The notes under the pieces are model-generated. The model ran no database searches and had not been told where the DNA came from. It worked only from the letters and a program-made list of their open reading frames with translations. The position numbers were made by a program, and so were the translations under genes. From an uncultured Chitinophagaceae bacterium (GTDB lineage Bacteria; Bacteroidota; Bacteroidia; Chitinophagales; Chitinophagaceae), in assembly GCA_963808065.1 (NCBI GenBank), contig CAWEEK010000005.1:352402-416401 (forward strand): a stretch of 64,000 nt of DNA. Reading direction: 5' to 3'. Shown here piece after piece: positions 35,625-45,329 of this stretch; position 1 is the first letter of the stretch, and every line of letters starts with the position of its first letter.

Positions 35625-36443
35625 TTACACAGCGAAGAACGGAGTCACAATGGCGATGACCTCGTCAAAACTCAAAGGTTCATCAAATGCCTCTGATGCC
35701 GCGCTGTCCGAAATACCGGAATTGCCAATATTAGTTATGGTCACATTTGCCTGAGTGGTGGCTTCTTCCCCATCGTAGCTGGCCTGCACTGCCGCGCCGA
35801 TACCGCTGTCACTACCCGTGATCCAGGGTTTTACACTGGCTCCTCTTCCCTTGCGAATCTGACGGATATGCGAAGCATGTCTGGCTTCCACCGAATGTAT
35901 ACTGAGTGCGGCGAGCAGCACCTCATTGCTTGCCATCAAGGAGCCCGCCTGACCTTTATATGCCCTCACACCAGTGTCTTCAAAGGTCTGCGCTACAGCA
36001 AGGAAAGTATCGTAGTTCGTAAACACGTCGGGGAAGGTCCCTGCGGCGGTGAAGTCAAATTCGGGGGAATCAACGGGCGTACCACCCGCCGCCGAGATCG
36101 CGGCTTTGATATAGTTCACGTGTGCGGTTTCATGTCCGCTAATGACAGTGAGGGCGGCTTGGTCATCCTCTGCAATAAGGTCCGGAGTGGCAAGCCCTTT
36201 TTCATAAAATGCGGCTTCGAGGTATTCAAGTTTGAGTGCGAAGTTCAGTATGTCGATTGCATTGGTCGGCGTCTGTCCATAAGTTTTTTGCATCATGGTG
36301 CCCAGCGCTATCGGCATGGCAGCCACGCTCACCTTGCCGGCGAAGCGGGTGAAATTTCTGATCACTTCCCTTCGACCATTCAGTTTTTCATAGACCTCGG
36401 GTTCTGACTTTTCTATCTGGTTAAATATATTCTGGAGATTCAT
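35625..36443 (-). CDS. Ferritin-like domain protein (secreted, desiccation-protein-like family)
   Basis: 272 aa with paired ExxH-type helices (LEYLEAAFY, HETAHVNY, SVEARHASHI). Paralogous to the upstream gene. Confidence 0.7.
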   Translation of the reverse strand: MNLQNIFNQIEKSEPEVYEKLNGRREVIRNFTRFAGKVSVAAMPIALGTMMQKTYGQTPTNAIDILNFALKLEYLEAAFYEKGLATPDLIAEDDQAALTVISGHETAHVNYIKAAISAAGGTPVDSPEFDFTAAGTFPDVFTNYDTFLAVAQTFEDTGVRAYKGQAGSLMASNEVLLAALSIHSVEARHASHIRQIRKGRGASVKPWITGSDSGIGAAVQASYDGEEATTQANVTITNIGNSGISDSAASEAFDEPLSFDEVIAIVTPFFAV

Positions 36444-36452
36444 AAGTTGAAT

Positions 36453-37202
36453 TTAAGAGGTTGGTAATTGTCTGTCGTCAAAAACCGCCTTCATAAACGG
36501 TTTTACAAGGAGCAGTACTTCATTCGGAGTCAAACTCCGCTCCAGGCCATTTGAATCAACCACGGTGTCAGAAAAACTTCCCGGGCTGATGAGATCACTG
36601 ATGTATGCCGCGTGCCTGGCTTCCACTGAAACTATTTTTCCGGCGATCAGAAGATTCGTGGCGTCAGTAAGCAAGGGGCCTGCTCCATTGTAGGCAGCAA
36701 CACCTATGTCTTCGAAGTTTTTGGCGGCGGCAAGCACGCTGTCGCGACTGGAAAAATCGATGGAGGAAAAATCAAACTCGATGATCGGCCCGATGGCAGA
36801 AGTGCCGAGGGCTGCCTTGAAAAATTCGCGGTGGGCTATCTCATGATCACGGATGTCTGTCAGCATCGCTGTTTCATCAGAGGTCATTCCGGAATAGGCA
36901 TTATCGATAACAAGGGTGTAATAAGCGGCTTCAAGTTGCTCCAGGGTATAAGCATAGTTGAGGATTCCAACATCGCCCCCTCCCAGGTTGTACCCTTCCA
37001 CATGACCGGGGCTGGTGCCGGTCACATCGTCTTTTTTGCAGGCGGCAGCGACAGCCATTATACCTGCAGAAGCCCCGGCATACCGGAAAAAGCCTCTCCT
37101 GGACACGGATCTGATTTCCGGTCCATCCGGCTGAATCAGACTGGATCTTGAATTTTTCATTGTAGGCATAACTGATTTATTAAGGTTAAAGAAAACAGGC
37201 AA
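36453..37202 (-). CDS. Ferritin-like domain protein with a Tat signal
   Basis: SRRGFFRYAGASAGIMAVAAAC twin-arginine motif, plus LEQLEAAYY, HEIAHREFF and SVEARHAAYI. The start may instead be the internal Met at 37160. Confidence 0.7.
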   Translation of the reverse strand: MPVFFNLNKSVMPTMKNSRSSLIQPDGPEIRSVSRRGFFRYAGASAGIMAVAAACKKDDVTGTSPGHVEGYNLGGGDVGILNYAYTLEQLEAAYYTLVIDNAYSGMTSDETAMLTDIRDHEIAHREFFKAALGTSAIGPIIEFDFSSIDFSSRDSVLAAAKNFEDIGVAAYNGAGPLLTDATNLLIAGKIVSVEARHAAYISDLISPGSFSDTVVDSNGLERSLTPNEVLLLVKPFMKAVFDDRQLPTS

Positions 37203-37405
37203 TAAGGAGTATCACCACCAGTAATAAGTACGCAAGAAATATCGGAAGAGATGTCTGACAAATCGCGGTTGGATTTCCACGTGATTAATTGCATATCCAC
37301 TAAGGTCCGGAATTTATGGTAAATAAATACTTCAATAAAATCATACCATTCGTTTTTTCCCGTCTTCCACCCTCGCGGAGCCTCGTTCCTGGCACGCTCG
37401 CCAGC

Positions 37406-38614
37406 CTATGCTTCGGTAAGATTCCGGAGCAGATCGGTGAACACTTCGGCCTTTCTGATCAGCCTCGGCACTCCTTCACTGATCATTACTTCGGCGGGCC
37501 GGTAACGCGAATTGTAATTCGACGACATTTCAAATCCATACGCTCCCGCATTTTTGAATACCAGCAGGTCACCTTCCGAAACTTCATTCAAAGACCTGTC
37601 CGTGGCAAATGTGTCGGTTTCACAAACGTAGCCGGTCACGGTGTAGGGTCTCAACTTTCCGTCCGGGTTACTGAGGTTTTCGATCGTATGCCAGGAGTCA
37701 TAGAACATGGGCCGGATCAGGTGATTCAGACCGGTATTGAGTCCGAGGAAAGTTTCGGTCGGCGTTTCTTTGATCACGTTCACTGTTGCCAGCAGGTAGC
37801 CACATTCACTGACAAGAAATTTGCCTGGTTCGAACCAGATCCTGAATTTTTTCCCCGATTTTTTTTCAAAGTCGGTCAGGGTTTCTTTTAATCGTTTGCC
37901 GAGTTGATCAATGTCGGTCTCGTGGTCACCGGTTTTGTAGGCCACCTTAAAACCTCCACCCAGGTCGAGGGAATCGAGGTGCGGAAACCGGTCCGTCAGC
38001 TTCAGCAACAGTTCCACCCCATTGATGAATACGTCCACGTCTTTGATGTCGCTGCCGGTGTGCAGGTGAAGCCCACGGATTACCACGCCGGTTTCACTAA
38101 CTACTTGGTGTATCTGCTCAACCTGTTCCAGGGGGATTCCAAACTTGCTACCAGAATGGCCGGTAGATATTTTCAGGTTGCCGCCGGCCATAATATTTGG
38201 ACGAAGCCGCACTCCTACCGGGTAGGTAGAACCGAATTCATTTCCGAACTTTCTAAGGTTTGAGATGCTGTCAATATTGATGTTGACGCCTTTTGAGGCA
38301 ACCTCCCTTAGTTCTTCTATCGAGATATTGTTGGAAGTGTACAGTATGTTTTTTGGTTCAAACCCTGCCTTGAGCGCTAGCAGCACTTCGTTTGACGAAC
38401 TGCAATCCACGTTGCAACCGATGCTGTTGATGTGCCTGAGCACACTGAGGTTGGTTAGCGCCTTTGATGCGTAAAAAAAACTGGTGTCGGTGCCGTTGAA
38501 GGCATTTTTCAACCTGTTGAATTGTTCAGTGATCTTTTCAGCGTGATAGATGTAAACCGGAGTGCCAAACTGTTCTGCCGTCTGAAACAAGAGTTCCCTC
38601 GAAAGTTCTGCCAT
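37406..38614 (-). CDS. lysA: Diaminopimelate decarboxylase
   Basis: MAELSRELLFQTAEQFGTPVYIYH..., HTGSDI, GGGFKVAY, EPGKFLVSECG. The track ORF extends to 38776, but only by translating a CT tract (RKRKRKRKK), so I use the Met at 38614. Confidence 0.9.
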   Translation of the reverse strand: MAELSRELLFQTAEQFGTPVYIYHAEKITEQFNRLKNAFNGTDTSFFYASKALTNLSVLRHINSIGCNVDCSSSNEVLLALKAGFEPKNILYTSNNISIEELREVASKGVNINIDSISNLRKFGNEFGSTYPVGVRLRPNIMAGGNLKISTGHSGSKFGIPLEQVEQIHQVVSETGVVIRGLHLHTGSDIKDVDVFINGVELLLKLTDRFPHLDSLDLGGGFKVAYKTGDHETDIDQLGKRLKETLTDFEKKSGKKFRIWFEPGKFLVSECGYLLATVNVIKETPTETFLGLNTGLNHLIRPMFYDSWHTIENLSNPDGKLRPYTVTGYVCETDTFATDRSLNEVSEGDLLVFKNAGAYGFEMSSNYNSRYRPAEVMISEGVPRLIRKAEVFTDLLRNLTEA

Positions 38615-38680
38615 AGTGCGCGAAGATAATTTTTCCCGCGGGAAACCGCGAAGCATGTAATGAGACAACAAGAAAACAGA

Positions 38681-38707
38681 CTTCTTCCTCTTCCTCTTTC
38701 TCTTTCT
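38681..38707. repeat. 27 nt polypyrimidine tract sharing CTCTTTCTCTTTCT with 35001-35062
   Basis: CTTCTTCCTCTTCCTCTTTCTCTTTCT, in the scpB-lysA intergenic spacer. Confidence 0.8.
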
Positions 38708-38741
38708 GATTCTACCTGTGCAGATCAACCGCTGGATGTTA

Positions 38742-39470
38742 TCAGCCCTGGGTGCCGGAGGCCCCTTCGTCTTCACTGCCCTTGTCGCCCTGATCTGAAG
38801 TTTCCTGCAATTCGCCTTCTTCAGTTACCACCAACGGAGTGGTGTCGGGTTTGTGGTTGTCTTCTGCGACTTCTTCCTCAGGAGCTTCCTGTGGTTCATT
38901 CATTGAAGTGGGAATGACATTCTCACTGAAGATCTCTTTGAGCTTCGGAAGATCCGCCGCCGAATTGATGCCGAAATAATCCATGAAACTACGCGAGGTG
39001 ACATAGATCAGCGGCTTGCCGGGAAGCTCTTCATTTCTCCCGCTGATTACGATCAGTTCTTTTTCCAGCAGTTTCTGAATGGAATAATCGCAGTTGACGC
39101 CACGGATAGACTCCACTTCAGACTTGGTGATGGGTTGTTTGTACGCGATGATGGCCAGGGTTTCCAGGGCCGCAGTGGAAAGACGTTTCAGGAATTTTTC
39201 CCCGTTGAGCTGGGCGACGGTCTTGTGGTATTCCTTTTTAGTCAGGAACTGCCACCCACCGCCGCTCTCTTTCATTTCGAATGGATAAAATTCCGATCTG
39301 TATTTTTCAACTACCGCTTCAATACCCGTCTGGATCTGCTCCATGGTCAGTTTATCGTCCATGAATCCAAAGGCATTGTTGATCAGTTCGGTGATATCGA
39401 TTGGTGTGAGCGGCTTGTCGCTGGCGAAAACCAACGCTTCGATATGAGGAATGATGTGACCTATTTCCAT
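38742..39470 (-). CDS. scpB: Segregation and condensation protein B
   Basis: IEALVFASDKPLT..., ALETLAIIAYKQPITKSEVESIRGV, and an acidic C-terminal tail. Confidence 0.85.
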   Translation of the reverse strand: MEIGHIIPHIEALVFASDKPLTPIDITELINNAFGFMDDKLTMEQIQTGIEAVVEKYRSEFYPFEMKESGGGWQFLTKKEYHKTVAQLNGEKFLKRLSTAALETLAIIAYKQPITKSEVESIRGVNCDYSIQKLLEKELIVISGRNEELPGKPLIYVTSRSFMDYFGINSAADLPKLKEIFSENVIPTSMNEPQEAPEEEVAEDNHKPDTTPLVVTEEGELQETSDQGDKGSEDEGASGTQG

Positions 39471-39484
39471 TGAATCGTATTTTA

Positions 39485-40366
39485 CTAACCCTGAAGGGCA
39501 GCGGCTCCGCTGACGATCTCGGTGAGCTCTGTGGTGATTGCGGCCTGTCTTGCTCTGTTGTAGGATATCTTAAGGGTCTTCAGCAATTCGTTTGCATTTT
39601 CCGTAGCCTTGTCCATCGCGGTCATCCTGGCTCCGTGCTCGGAAGCATTGGCGTCAAGAACAGCTTTGTATAATTGTGTATTGAGAATTTTTGGCATCAG
39701 CTCCTCTAAAAGGAGTTCTCTTGAGGGTTCGAAAATAAAGTCGCTTTTTTTCGCACCCGGCTTGGGTTGCACTTTAGGTATAGGCAGGAAGGGTTCCGTT
39801 ACAAAACGCAGTGTCGCGGCATTCTTGAATTCACTGTATACCAGCTCAACGCGGTCGAATTGGTTGGCTTTGAAAGCATTCACGGCGGCCTGGGAGCAGG
39901 CCTGGACGCTTTCAAAATTCAGGTGCAGGAATATGTCCTTGTAAGACGCATCAACATTATACCGGTTCTTTACGAAATGTTCATACCCTTTTTTACCGAC
40001 TGTCCATATCTGCACATTTCCTTTTGCAAACTGGGAGGAATATTTTTCCCTGATGGTCAGTTTGGCAAGTTTGATGATGTTGGCATTGTAGGCTCCGCAG
40101 AGTCCGCGGTCGCTGGTAATTACGATGAATAATACCTTTTCAACCGGACGTTCAACCGCAAGTTCCATCCCCATCTCCCCATCGGAACTACTGACGATGT
40201 TGCTGAGTACTTCCTGAAGCTTCTGGGCGTAGGGGCGCATCTGGATGATGCCTTCCTGGGCCTTACGGAGTTTGGCAGCGCTCACCATCTTCATCGCCTT
40301 GGTGATTTGCTGCATATTCTGAACGGATCTAATGCGGTTCCGGACCTCTTTTAACTGACCTGCCAT
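39485..40366 (-). CDS. atpG: F-type ATP synthase gamma subunit
   Basis: MAGQLKEVRNRIRSVQNMQQITKAMKMVSAAKLRKAQ ... ITTELTEIVSGAAAL. Full length at 293 aa. Confidence 0.9.
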   Translation of the reverse strand: MAGQLKEVRNRIRSVQNMQQITKAMKMVSAAKLRKAQEGIIQMRPYAQKLQEVLSNIVSSSDGEMGMELAVERPVEKVLFIVITSDRGLCGAYNANIIKLAKLTIREKYSSQFAKGNVQIWTVGKKGYEHFVKNRYNVDASYKDIFLHLNFESVQACSQAAVNAFKANQFDRVELVYSEFKNAATLRFVTEPFLPIPKVQPKPGAKKSDFIFEPSRELLLEELMPKILNTQLYKAVLDANASEHGARMTAMDKATENANELLKTLKISYNRARQAAITTELTEIVSGAAALQG

Positions 40367-40466
40367 GATGATTTTTTACCGTTTGCAAAGGTAACGGAAA
40401 TCCGGTATCAGACCATAAAATCACTTACTTTTACTGCTTAAATCCTTCTGTTTCATTGAAATATTT

Positions 40467-41252
40467 ATGGCTAAAGCGAAAAAGAAAGATGAGCCGGTTA
40501 TCCTGATCACGAACGACGATGGGATCACCGCGCCCGGAATCCGTAACCTTGTAGAATCCGTCAAAGACCTTGGAAAAGTGGTGGTTGTTGCCCCCGATAA
40601 GCCACAGTCCGGGATGGGACATGCCATCACCATCGGTCATCCTCTCCGACTGACGGCCGTAAACAGTTTTGAAAATATCGAAGCCTACCAATGTACCGGC
40701 ACACCGGTTGACTGTGTCAAGCTTGCCGTAGACAAAGTACTGCATCGCAAACCCGACATTTGCCTTAGCGGCATCAATCATGGGGCCAATCATTCCATAA
40801 ATGTTATTTACTCCGGCACCATGTCCGCGGCAGTGGAGGCTGCGATAGAAAGCATTCCATCTATCGGTTTCTCATTGCTCGACTACAGCATCGATGCGGA
40901 TTTCACAGCTGCACGAAAATATGCGCGTATGCTGGTGATCAAAATGCTGAATAAGACTATGGACAAGCACATGATCCTCAATGTGAACTTTCCCGCAGTC
41001 CCCGACAAACTGATCAGGGGCGTGCGGATCTGCAGACAGGCGTATGCTAAATACGTGGAAGACTTTCTCGAAAGAGATGACCCGCATGGCCGCAAATATT
41101 TCTGGCTTACAGGAGAATTCGTGAATTTTGACAAGGGCAGGGACACCGATGTTTGGGCCCTGAAACACAATTATGTAAGCGTGGTACCCGTTCAGTTCGA
41201 CCTCACAAATTATGAACTGAAAGCAAAGCTTGAAAAAACCTGGAAATTCTGA
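40467..41252 (+). CDS. surE: 5'/3'-nucleotidase SurE
   Basis: ILITNDDGITAPGIRNL...APDKPQSGMGHAIT. Confidence 0.9.
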   Translation: MAKAKKKDEPVILITNDDGITAPGIRNLVESVKDLGKVVVVAPDKPQSGMGHAITIGHPLRLTAVNSFENIEAYQCTGTPVDCVKLAVDKVLHRKPDICLSGINHGANHSINVIYSGTMSAAVEAAIESIPSIGFSLLDYSIDADFTAARKYARMLVIKMLNKTMDKHMILNVNFPAVPDKLIRGVRICRQAYAKYVEDFLERDDPHGRKYFWLTGEFVNFDKGRDTDVWALKHNYVSVVPVQFDLTNYELKAKLEKTWKF

Positions 41253-41256
41253 TCTG

Positions 41257-41550
41257 ATGCTTAAAAGGGATAATCTGCAACTTGGCCTTATCCTTGGATT
41301 CCTGGCCCCGCTGCTCAGTTTGAGCATCTATTATTTGATAAAGTTCTACCCCTTGTTCACCCTGGGCGACTTCTTTAATTTTATTACCACAACCAAAACC
41401 CAGATCACGGCGATTTCGGTGCCCTGCCTCGTGCTCAACATCGCCCTCTTCACTTATTATATCAACTCCGGTCGCGATAAAACAGCGAAGGGCATTTTTG
41501 CGGTAACCCTTGTATACGCGATATTATGCCTGGTACTGAAATATATTTAG
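41257..41550 (+). CDS. Small three-TM membrane protein
   Basis: MLKRDNLQLGLILGFLAPLLSLSIYYLIKF... I chose the internal Met of track ORF 41230-41550. Confidence 0.5.
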   Translation: MLKRDNLQLGLILGFLAPLLSLSIYYLIKFYPLFTLGDFFNFITTTKTQITAISVPCLVLNIALFTYYINSGRDKTAKGIFAVTLVYAILCLVLKYI

Positions 41551-41575
41551 TAATTGAACAACAGGTTAAATTGAA

Positions 41576-42736
41576 TTGATGAACTATTACCTCATCGCAG
41601 GCGAAGCCTCGGGCGATCTTCATGGAAGTAACCTGATCCGCGAGATCAAAAAACTGGACGGCATTGCAAATATCAGGTGCTGGGGAGGCGACATGATGGA
41701 AGAGCAGGGCGCTACCCTGGCGAAACATTACCGCGACCTGGCATTCATGGGCTTCATAGAAGTAGTCAGGAACCTCAGAACAATTTTCGCGAATCTGAAA
41801 TTCTGTAAAGCAGACATCCTCGATTTCAAACCGGATGCAGTGATCCTGATCGATTATCCAGGATTCAATATGCGCATTGCGGCCTGGGCGAAAAAACAGA
41901 ACATTCCCGTCATCTACTACATCTCCCCGCAGATCTGGGCCTGGAAAGAAAACCGTGTCAAACAAATCAGGGTTACCGTCGACAAAATGTTAGTCATCCT
42001 GCCCTTTGAAAAGGCATTCTACAAGAAATGGAATTTTGAAGTGGAATATGTGGGTCACCCCCTGGTGGACGTGATCGAACAAAAAATGTCCGAGGCCCGG
42101 ACACCGGCCACACAGGTGTCGCCGCTGCAGGATGAACACATTGTCGCGATCCTGCCTGGCAGCAGAAAACAGGAAGTGCTGAAAAAACTTCCCGTGATGC
42201 TGGAGGCCTCCAGGCATTTTCCGGATTATCGTTTCATCGTTGCGAAAGCCTCTTCCTTAACCGACGAGTTTTATCAGCCCTTTCTCACCGCTTATCCACA
42301 GATGCGGACTATCCGGAACAACACCTATACCCTGCTCATGCAGGCCAAAGCCGCGTTGGTGACCTCTGGCACCGCTACACTGGAAACAGCCTTATTCGGA
42401 GTGCCGCAGGTGGTTTGTTACAAAGGGTCCGCCCTATCCTACCAGATCGCCAGGAGGTTGATCAAGGTGAAATACATTTCCCTGGTGAATCTGATAATGA
42501 ATAAACCGGTGGTGAAAGAACTGATCCAGGATGAAATGAACGCCGGCAACATCAGGATGGAACTGCAGAGAATACTGCATGATGAAAAAAGGATCATTGA
42601 GATCAGGAAGGATTATTCAGCCCTTAAACAATTACTCAGCGAGGGTGGCAACGCATCACAAAAAGCCGCGAAATCAATAGTTGAGTTTATGAAGTCGCGC
42701 GTTAACGCCGGAACACGAAGAACTTCAGCAGCATGA
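41576..42736 (+). CDS. lpxB: Lipid-A-disaccharide synthase
   Basis: YYLIAGEASGDLHGSNLIREIK, DYPGFNMRIA, TSGTATLETALFGVPQVVCYK. Confidence 0.9.
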   Translation: MMNYYLIAGEASGDLHGSNLIREIKKLDGIANIRCWGGDMMEEQGATLAKHYRDLAFMGFIEVVRNLRTIFANLKFCKADILDFKPDAVILIDYPGFNMRIAAWAKKQNIPVIYYISPQIWAWKENRVKQIRVTVDKMLVILPFEKAFYKKWNFEVEYVGHPLVDVIEQKMSEARTPATQVSPLQDEHIVAILPGSRKQEVLKKLPVMLEASRHFPDYRFIVAKASSLTDEFYQPFLTAYPQMRTIRNNTYTLLMQAKAALVTSGTATLETALFGVPQVVCYKGSALSYQIARRLIKVKYISLVNLIMNKPVVKELIQDEMNAGNIRMELQRILHDEKRIIEIRKDYSALKQLLSEGGNASQKAAKSIVEFMKSRVNAGTRRTSAA

Positions 42737-42872
42737 TGATGATTGCAATAAGGAACATAAAAATGGAGAGGCGGTTGATCCCATGCATATACCTCATCCA
42801 AGTTGTATTTGGTTGATTGGGATCTCTTTTCCTCAGGTATAAATATTCCGACAGTTGTCTGAGCACGCCCAT
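42702..42872 (-). CDS. Small (56 aa) single-TM membrane protein, not in the ORF track
   Basis: My translation: MGVLRQLSEYLYLRKRDPNQPNTTWMRYMHGINRLSIFMFLIAIIIMLLKFFVFRR*. It fills the lpxB-surE2 gap and has a basic N-terminus, a TM helix and a basic C-terminus. Confidence 0.45.
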   Translation of the reverse strand: MGVLRQLSEYLYLRKRDPNQPNTTWMRYMHGINRLSIFMFLIAIIIMLLKFFVFRR

Positions 42873-42963
42873 CAGTGCAAATTTTGAATAAAGTTAACCA
42901 TAAGATCCAAACGGGTCGGACTTCGTCCCCGATTTTATCCAAATTTCCAGCCCCCAAAATACA

Positions 42964-43707
42964 TCAGACTTTTTCGGCCGGCTTTTCCCGGAGCATCTGC
43001 GCCAATCCGCGCTCATCTGTAAGGTCCAGTCTCAACGGTGTAATCGACACATGGCCATTGTCGACAGCCCAGCGGTCGGTTCCTTCTTCGGCGGGTTCCA
43101 GTGGAACAACAGTTGACCAGAAGATTTGTCTTCCCATCGGGTCCTTCGAGGCGATGACATGACCGTCGTATTGACGAACCGACTGGCGGGTCCACACGAG
43201 GTCCGTTGGAGATGGCGGGAAATTCACATTGAACAATTGGGGTTCCTTGTCCTCAAGCAACAGTTTGAGTGTTTTTTCCACCCAGGGCTTCAGGGCTTCA
43301 AAATCGGGTTCTGTGCCATGAACAGGTGTACTGAGGGCGATGCCACGGATACCAAGCAGCACTGCCTGTTTTGCGGCTGCCAGGGTGCCCGAATGCCACA
43401 TGCCATTGCCGAGGTTTGGTCCCATATTGATCCCCGAAAGCACCACATCCGGCTGATCCCATAAATGAGCGCCAAGAGCAACGCAGTCTGCCGGAGTCCC
43501 ATTGATACGGTAGGCTTCCATCCCTTCGAAGGTGAGAGGTGATGGCTTGACCGTCAATGGTCTTGAATGGGTAATTGCGTGCCCCATTGATGATTGTTCA
43601 ACATCAGGAGCAAAAATCCTGACTTCCCCAAATTTGCGGGCTATGCGTGCCAGGGCGGCAATGCCAGGACTATATATTCCGTCGTCATTGCTGATCAAAA
43701 TTCTCAT
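42964..43707 (-). CDS. Second SurE-family 5'/3'-nucleotidase (divergent paralog)
   Basis: MRILISNDDGIYSPGIAAL...APDVEQSSMGHAIT. Confidence 0.85.
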   Translation of the reverse strand: MRILISNDDGIYSPGIAALARIARKFGEVRIFAPDVEQSSMGHAITHSRPLTVKPSPLTFEGMEAYRINGTPADCVALGAHLWDQPDVVLSGINMGPNLGNGMWHSGTLAAAKQAVLLGIRGIALSTPVHGTEPDFEALKPWVEKTLKLLLEDKEPQLFNVNFPPSPTDLVWTRQSVRQYDGHVIASKDPMGRQIFWSTVVPLEPAEEGTDRWAVDNGHVSITPLRLDLTDERGLAQMLREKPAEKV

Positions 43708-43759
43708 GCCGGTATTTGTATAATTTTAATGCCATGATATTACTGGTATAGTTTTATTA

Positions 43760-44671
43760 ATGATGCCGGCAATGAAACTGGCCAAGATTATACATAATCC
43801 ATCAGCGGGTAAGGAAGAACATACCTGTGAACAACTGATCTCCGCTGTAAGGGCGCAGGGTTACGATTGTGAGTATAGCTCCACTAAAGATAAAGGCTGG
43901 AAAAAGATCAGAAAAAATACGGATTTCATCATAGTCGCGGGTGGAGACGGAACCGTGAGAAAAGTAGTGGTGAAATTGCTAGACAAGCTCCCGATAAACG
44001 AGCAACTTCCCATTCTCCTGCTACCCCTGGGCACAGCGAATAATATATCCAAATCGCTGGGGATCTCCGGCAAGATTGATCAGATCATTGCCCAGATGAA
44101 CAAAGAGGAGCTAAAACCTTACGACCTGGGGCGCGTCAGCGGCCTGGGCGAGAAAGCCATTTTCCTTGAAAGTTTTGGATTTGGTGTATTCCCGATGTTG
44201 ATGAAGGAAATGAAAAAACATCCCGTTGAGGATTCGGTTTCCCCCGAGAAAAAGTTGCGCACGGCACTGGCGCTGCTCCATGAAATCATTGTGAATTTTC
44301 CGTCCTATAACTTCGAAGTTACCGTGGATGGCCGCAAACATAACGGCCCGTGCCTGTTGACGGAAATTATGAATATCACCTCCATCGGACCTAACCTGAA
44401 TTTCTCCCCCGATGCTGATCCCGGCGACGGAATCTTTGAGCTGGTCCTGATTCCCGAACAGTTCAGAAATGCCCTCGCCGCCTATGTTTCAGGAAAATTA
44501 GCAGGAATTGACACCGACTTCAAACCCATCATCATGAAAGGCGAAAAAATTTCTATCCTCACCGACTGCCCCCATCTGCATCTCGACGACGAATTGGTTA
44601 AGGTCAAAAATGCAATGAAAATCACCGTAAAACCAGATAAGGGGTATATGGAATTCCTTGCAGGGCAGTAA
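43760..44671 (+). CDS. Diacylglycerol/lipid kinase family protein (YegS/BmrU-like)
   Basis: HNPSAGK..., IIVAGGDGTVRKVV, LPLGTANN. Confidence 0.75.
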   Translation: MMPAMKLAKIIHNPSAGKEEHTCEQLISAVRAQGYDCEYSSTKDKGWKKIRKNTDFIIVAGGDGTVRKVVVKLLDKLPINEQLPILLLPLGTANNISKSLGISGKIDQIIAQMNKEELKPYDLGRVSGLGEKAIFLESFGFGVFPMLMKEMKKHPVEDSVSPEKKLRTALALLHEIIVNFPSYNFEVTVDGRKHNGPCLLTEIMNITSIGPNLNFSPDADPGDGIFELVLIPEQFRNALAAYVSGKLAGIDTDFKPIIMKGEKISILTDCPHLHLDDELVKVKNAMKITVKPDKGYMEFLAGQ

Positions 44672-44712
44672 TAGATTTAAGAGAAAAAAGCGCTTATCTT
44701 TATCACTACAGT

Positions 44713-45290
44713 ATGACTCCTGGCAGTTTATTAAATCTGGTACTAAAAATTCTTGGGATCTTTTTCATCAGGGATGTTCTGGAAGCCGTATCCCAGTTTG
44801 TTTCAGTCCTCGTTTATTTTCCCTTGTATGGATCCCGGGGGAAGCAGTAAAATCCCTCACCGTTGCCTCAGTATCTCTTTTCCTTTATACTTTGCTTTCC
44901 TGGATACTGATCTTCCGAACCGACAAACTCGTGAGGTTGCTCCGGCTTGACCGCCGTCTGCCTGCCCAACTTGGGTTTACCATGATCCACCGCTCCGAGA
45001 TTTTAAAGATCGCCATCATATTTCTTGGTCTCTGGATACTCGTTTCGGAGATCCCTGAGGTCGTCAGACAGGTGATTTATTATTTGCAGGAAGTCCGGCT
45101 TTATACCCGCATGGCCCACCCTGACCTCAGTTATCTTTTCATGGCGGGCACCAGGATCGTTTTTGGCCTGGCGCTGGTGATCTGGAATCGTAGTATTGCC
45201 AATATTATTGAAGTCAAACGGAGGAACAAGGTCCCATGGTATTGGCCCGCACGAGTCCCGTTCATGGGTAAGCGAAAAAGGACAGGCTGA
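44713..45290 (+). CDS. Hypothetical membrane protein with a possible frameshift at a G5 run near 44838
   Basis: The ATG at 44713 gives MTPGSLLNLVLKILGIFFIRDVLEAVSQFVSVLVYFPLY (TM-like) and stops at about 44848. The remainder (AVKSLTVASVSLFLYTLLSWILIF...) is in the frame of track ORF 44658-45290. Confidence 0.4.
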
Positions 45291-45329
45291 GGGTAGGGTT
45301 TTTGCAATAGATGAATAAAATCATCAGGT

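Noticed and set aside
37280-37312. An ATATCCAC...GGTCC sequence upstream of the ferritin-like operon as a further repeat-type box.
   Set aside because: It matches only 7 of 8 positions of one half-site and has no phased partner, so it is indistinguishable from chance.
38615-38776. The N-terminal extension of the lysA ORF (MKTKGPPAP...RKRKRKRKK...).
   Set aside because: The extension is a translation of the CT/GA low-complexity tract and overlaps the scpB 3' end. A canonical DAP decarboxylase N-terminus begins at the Met at 38614.
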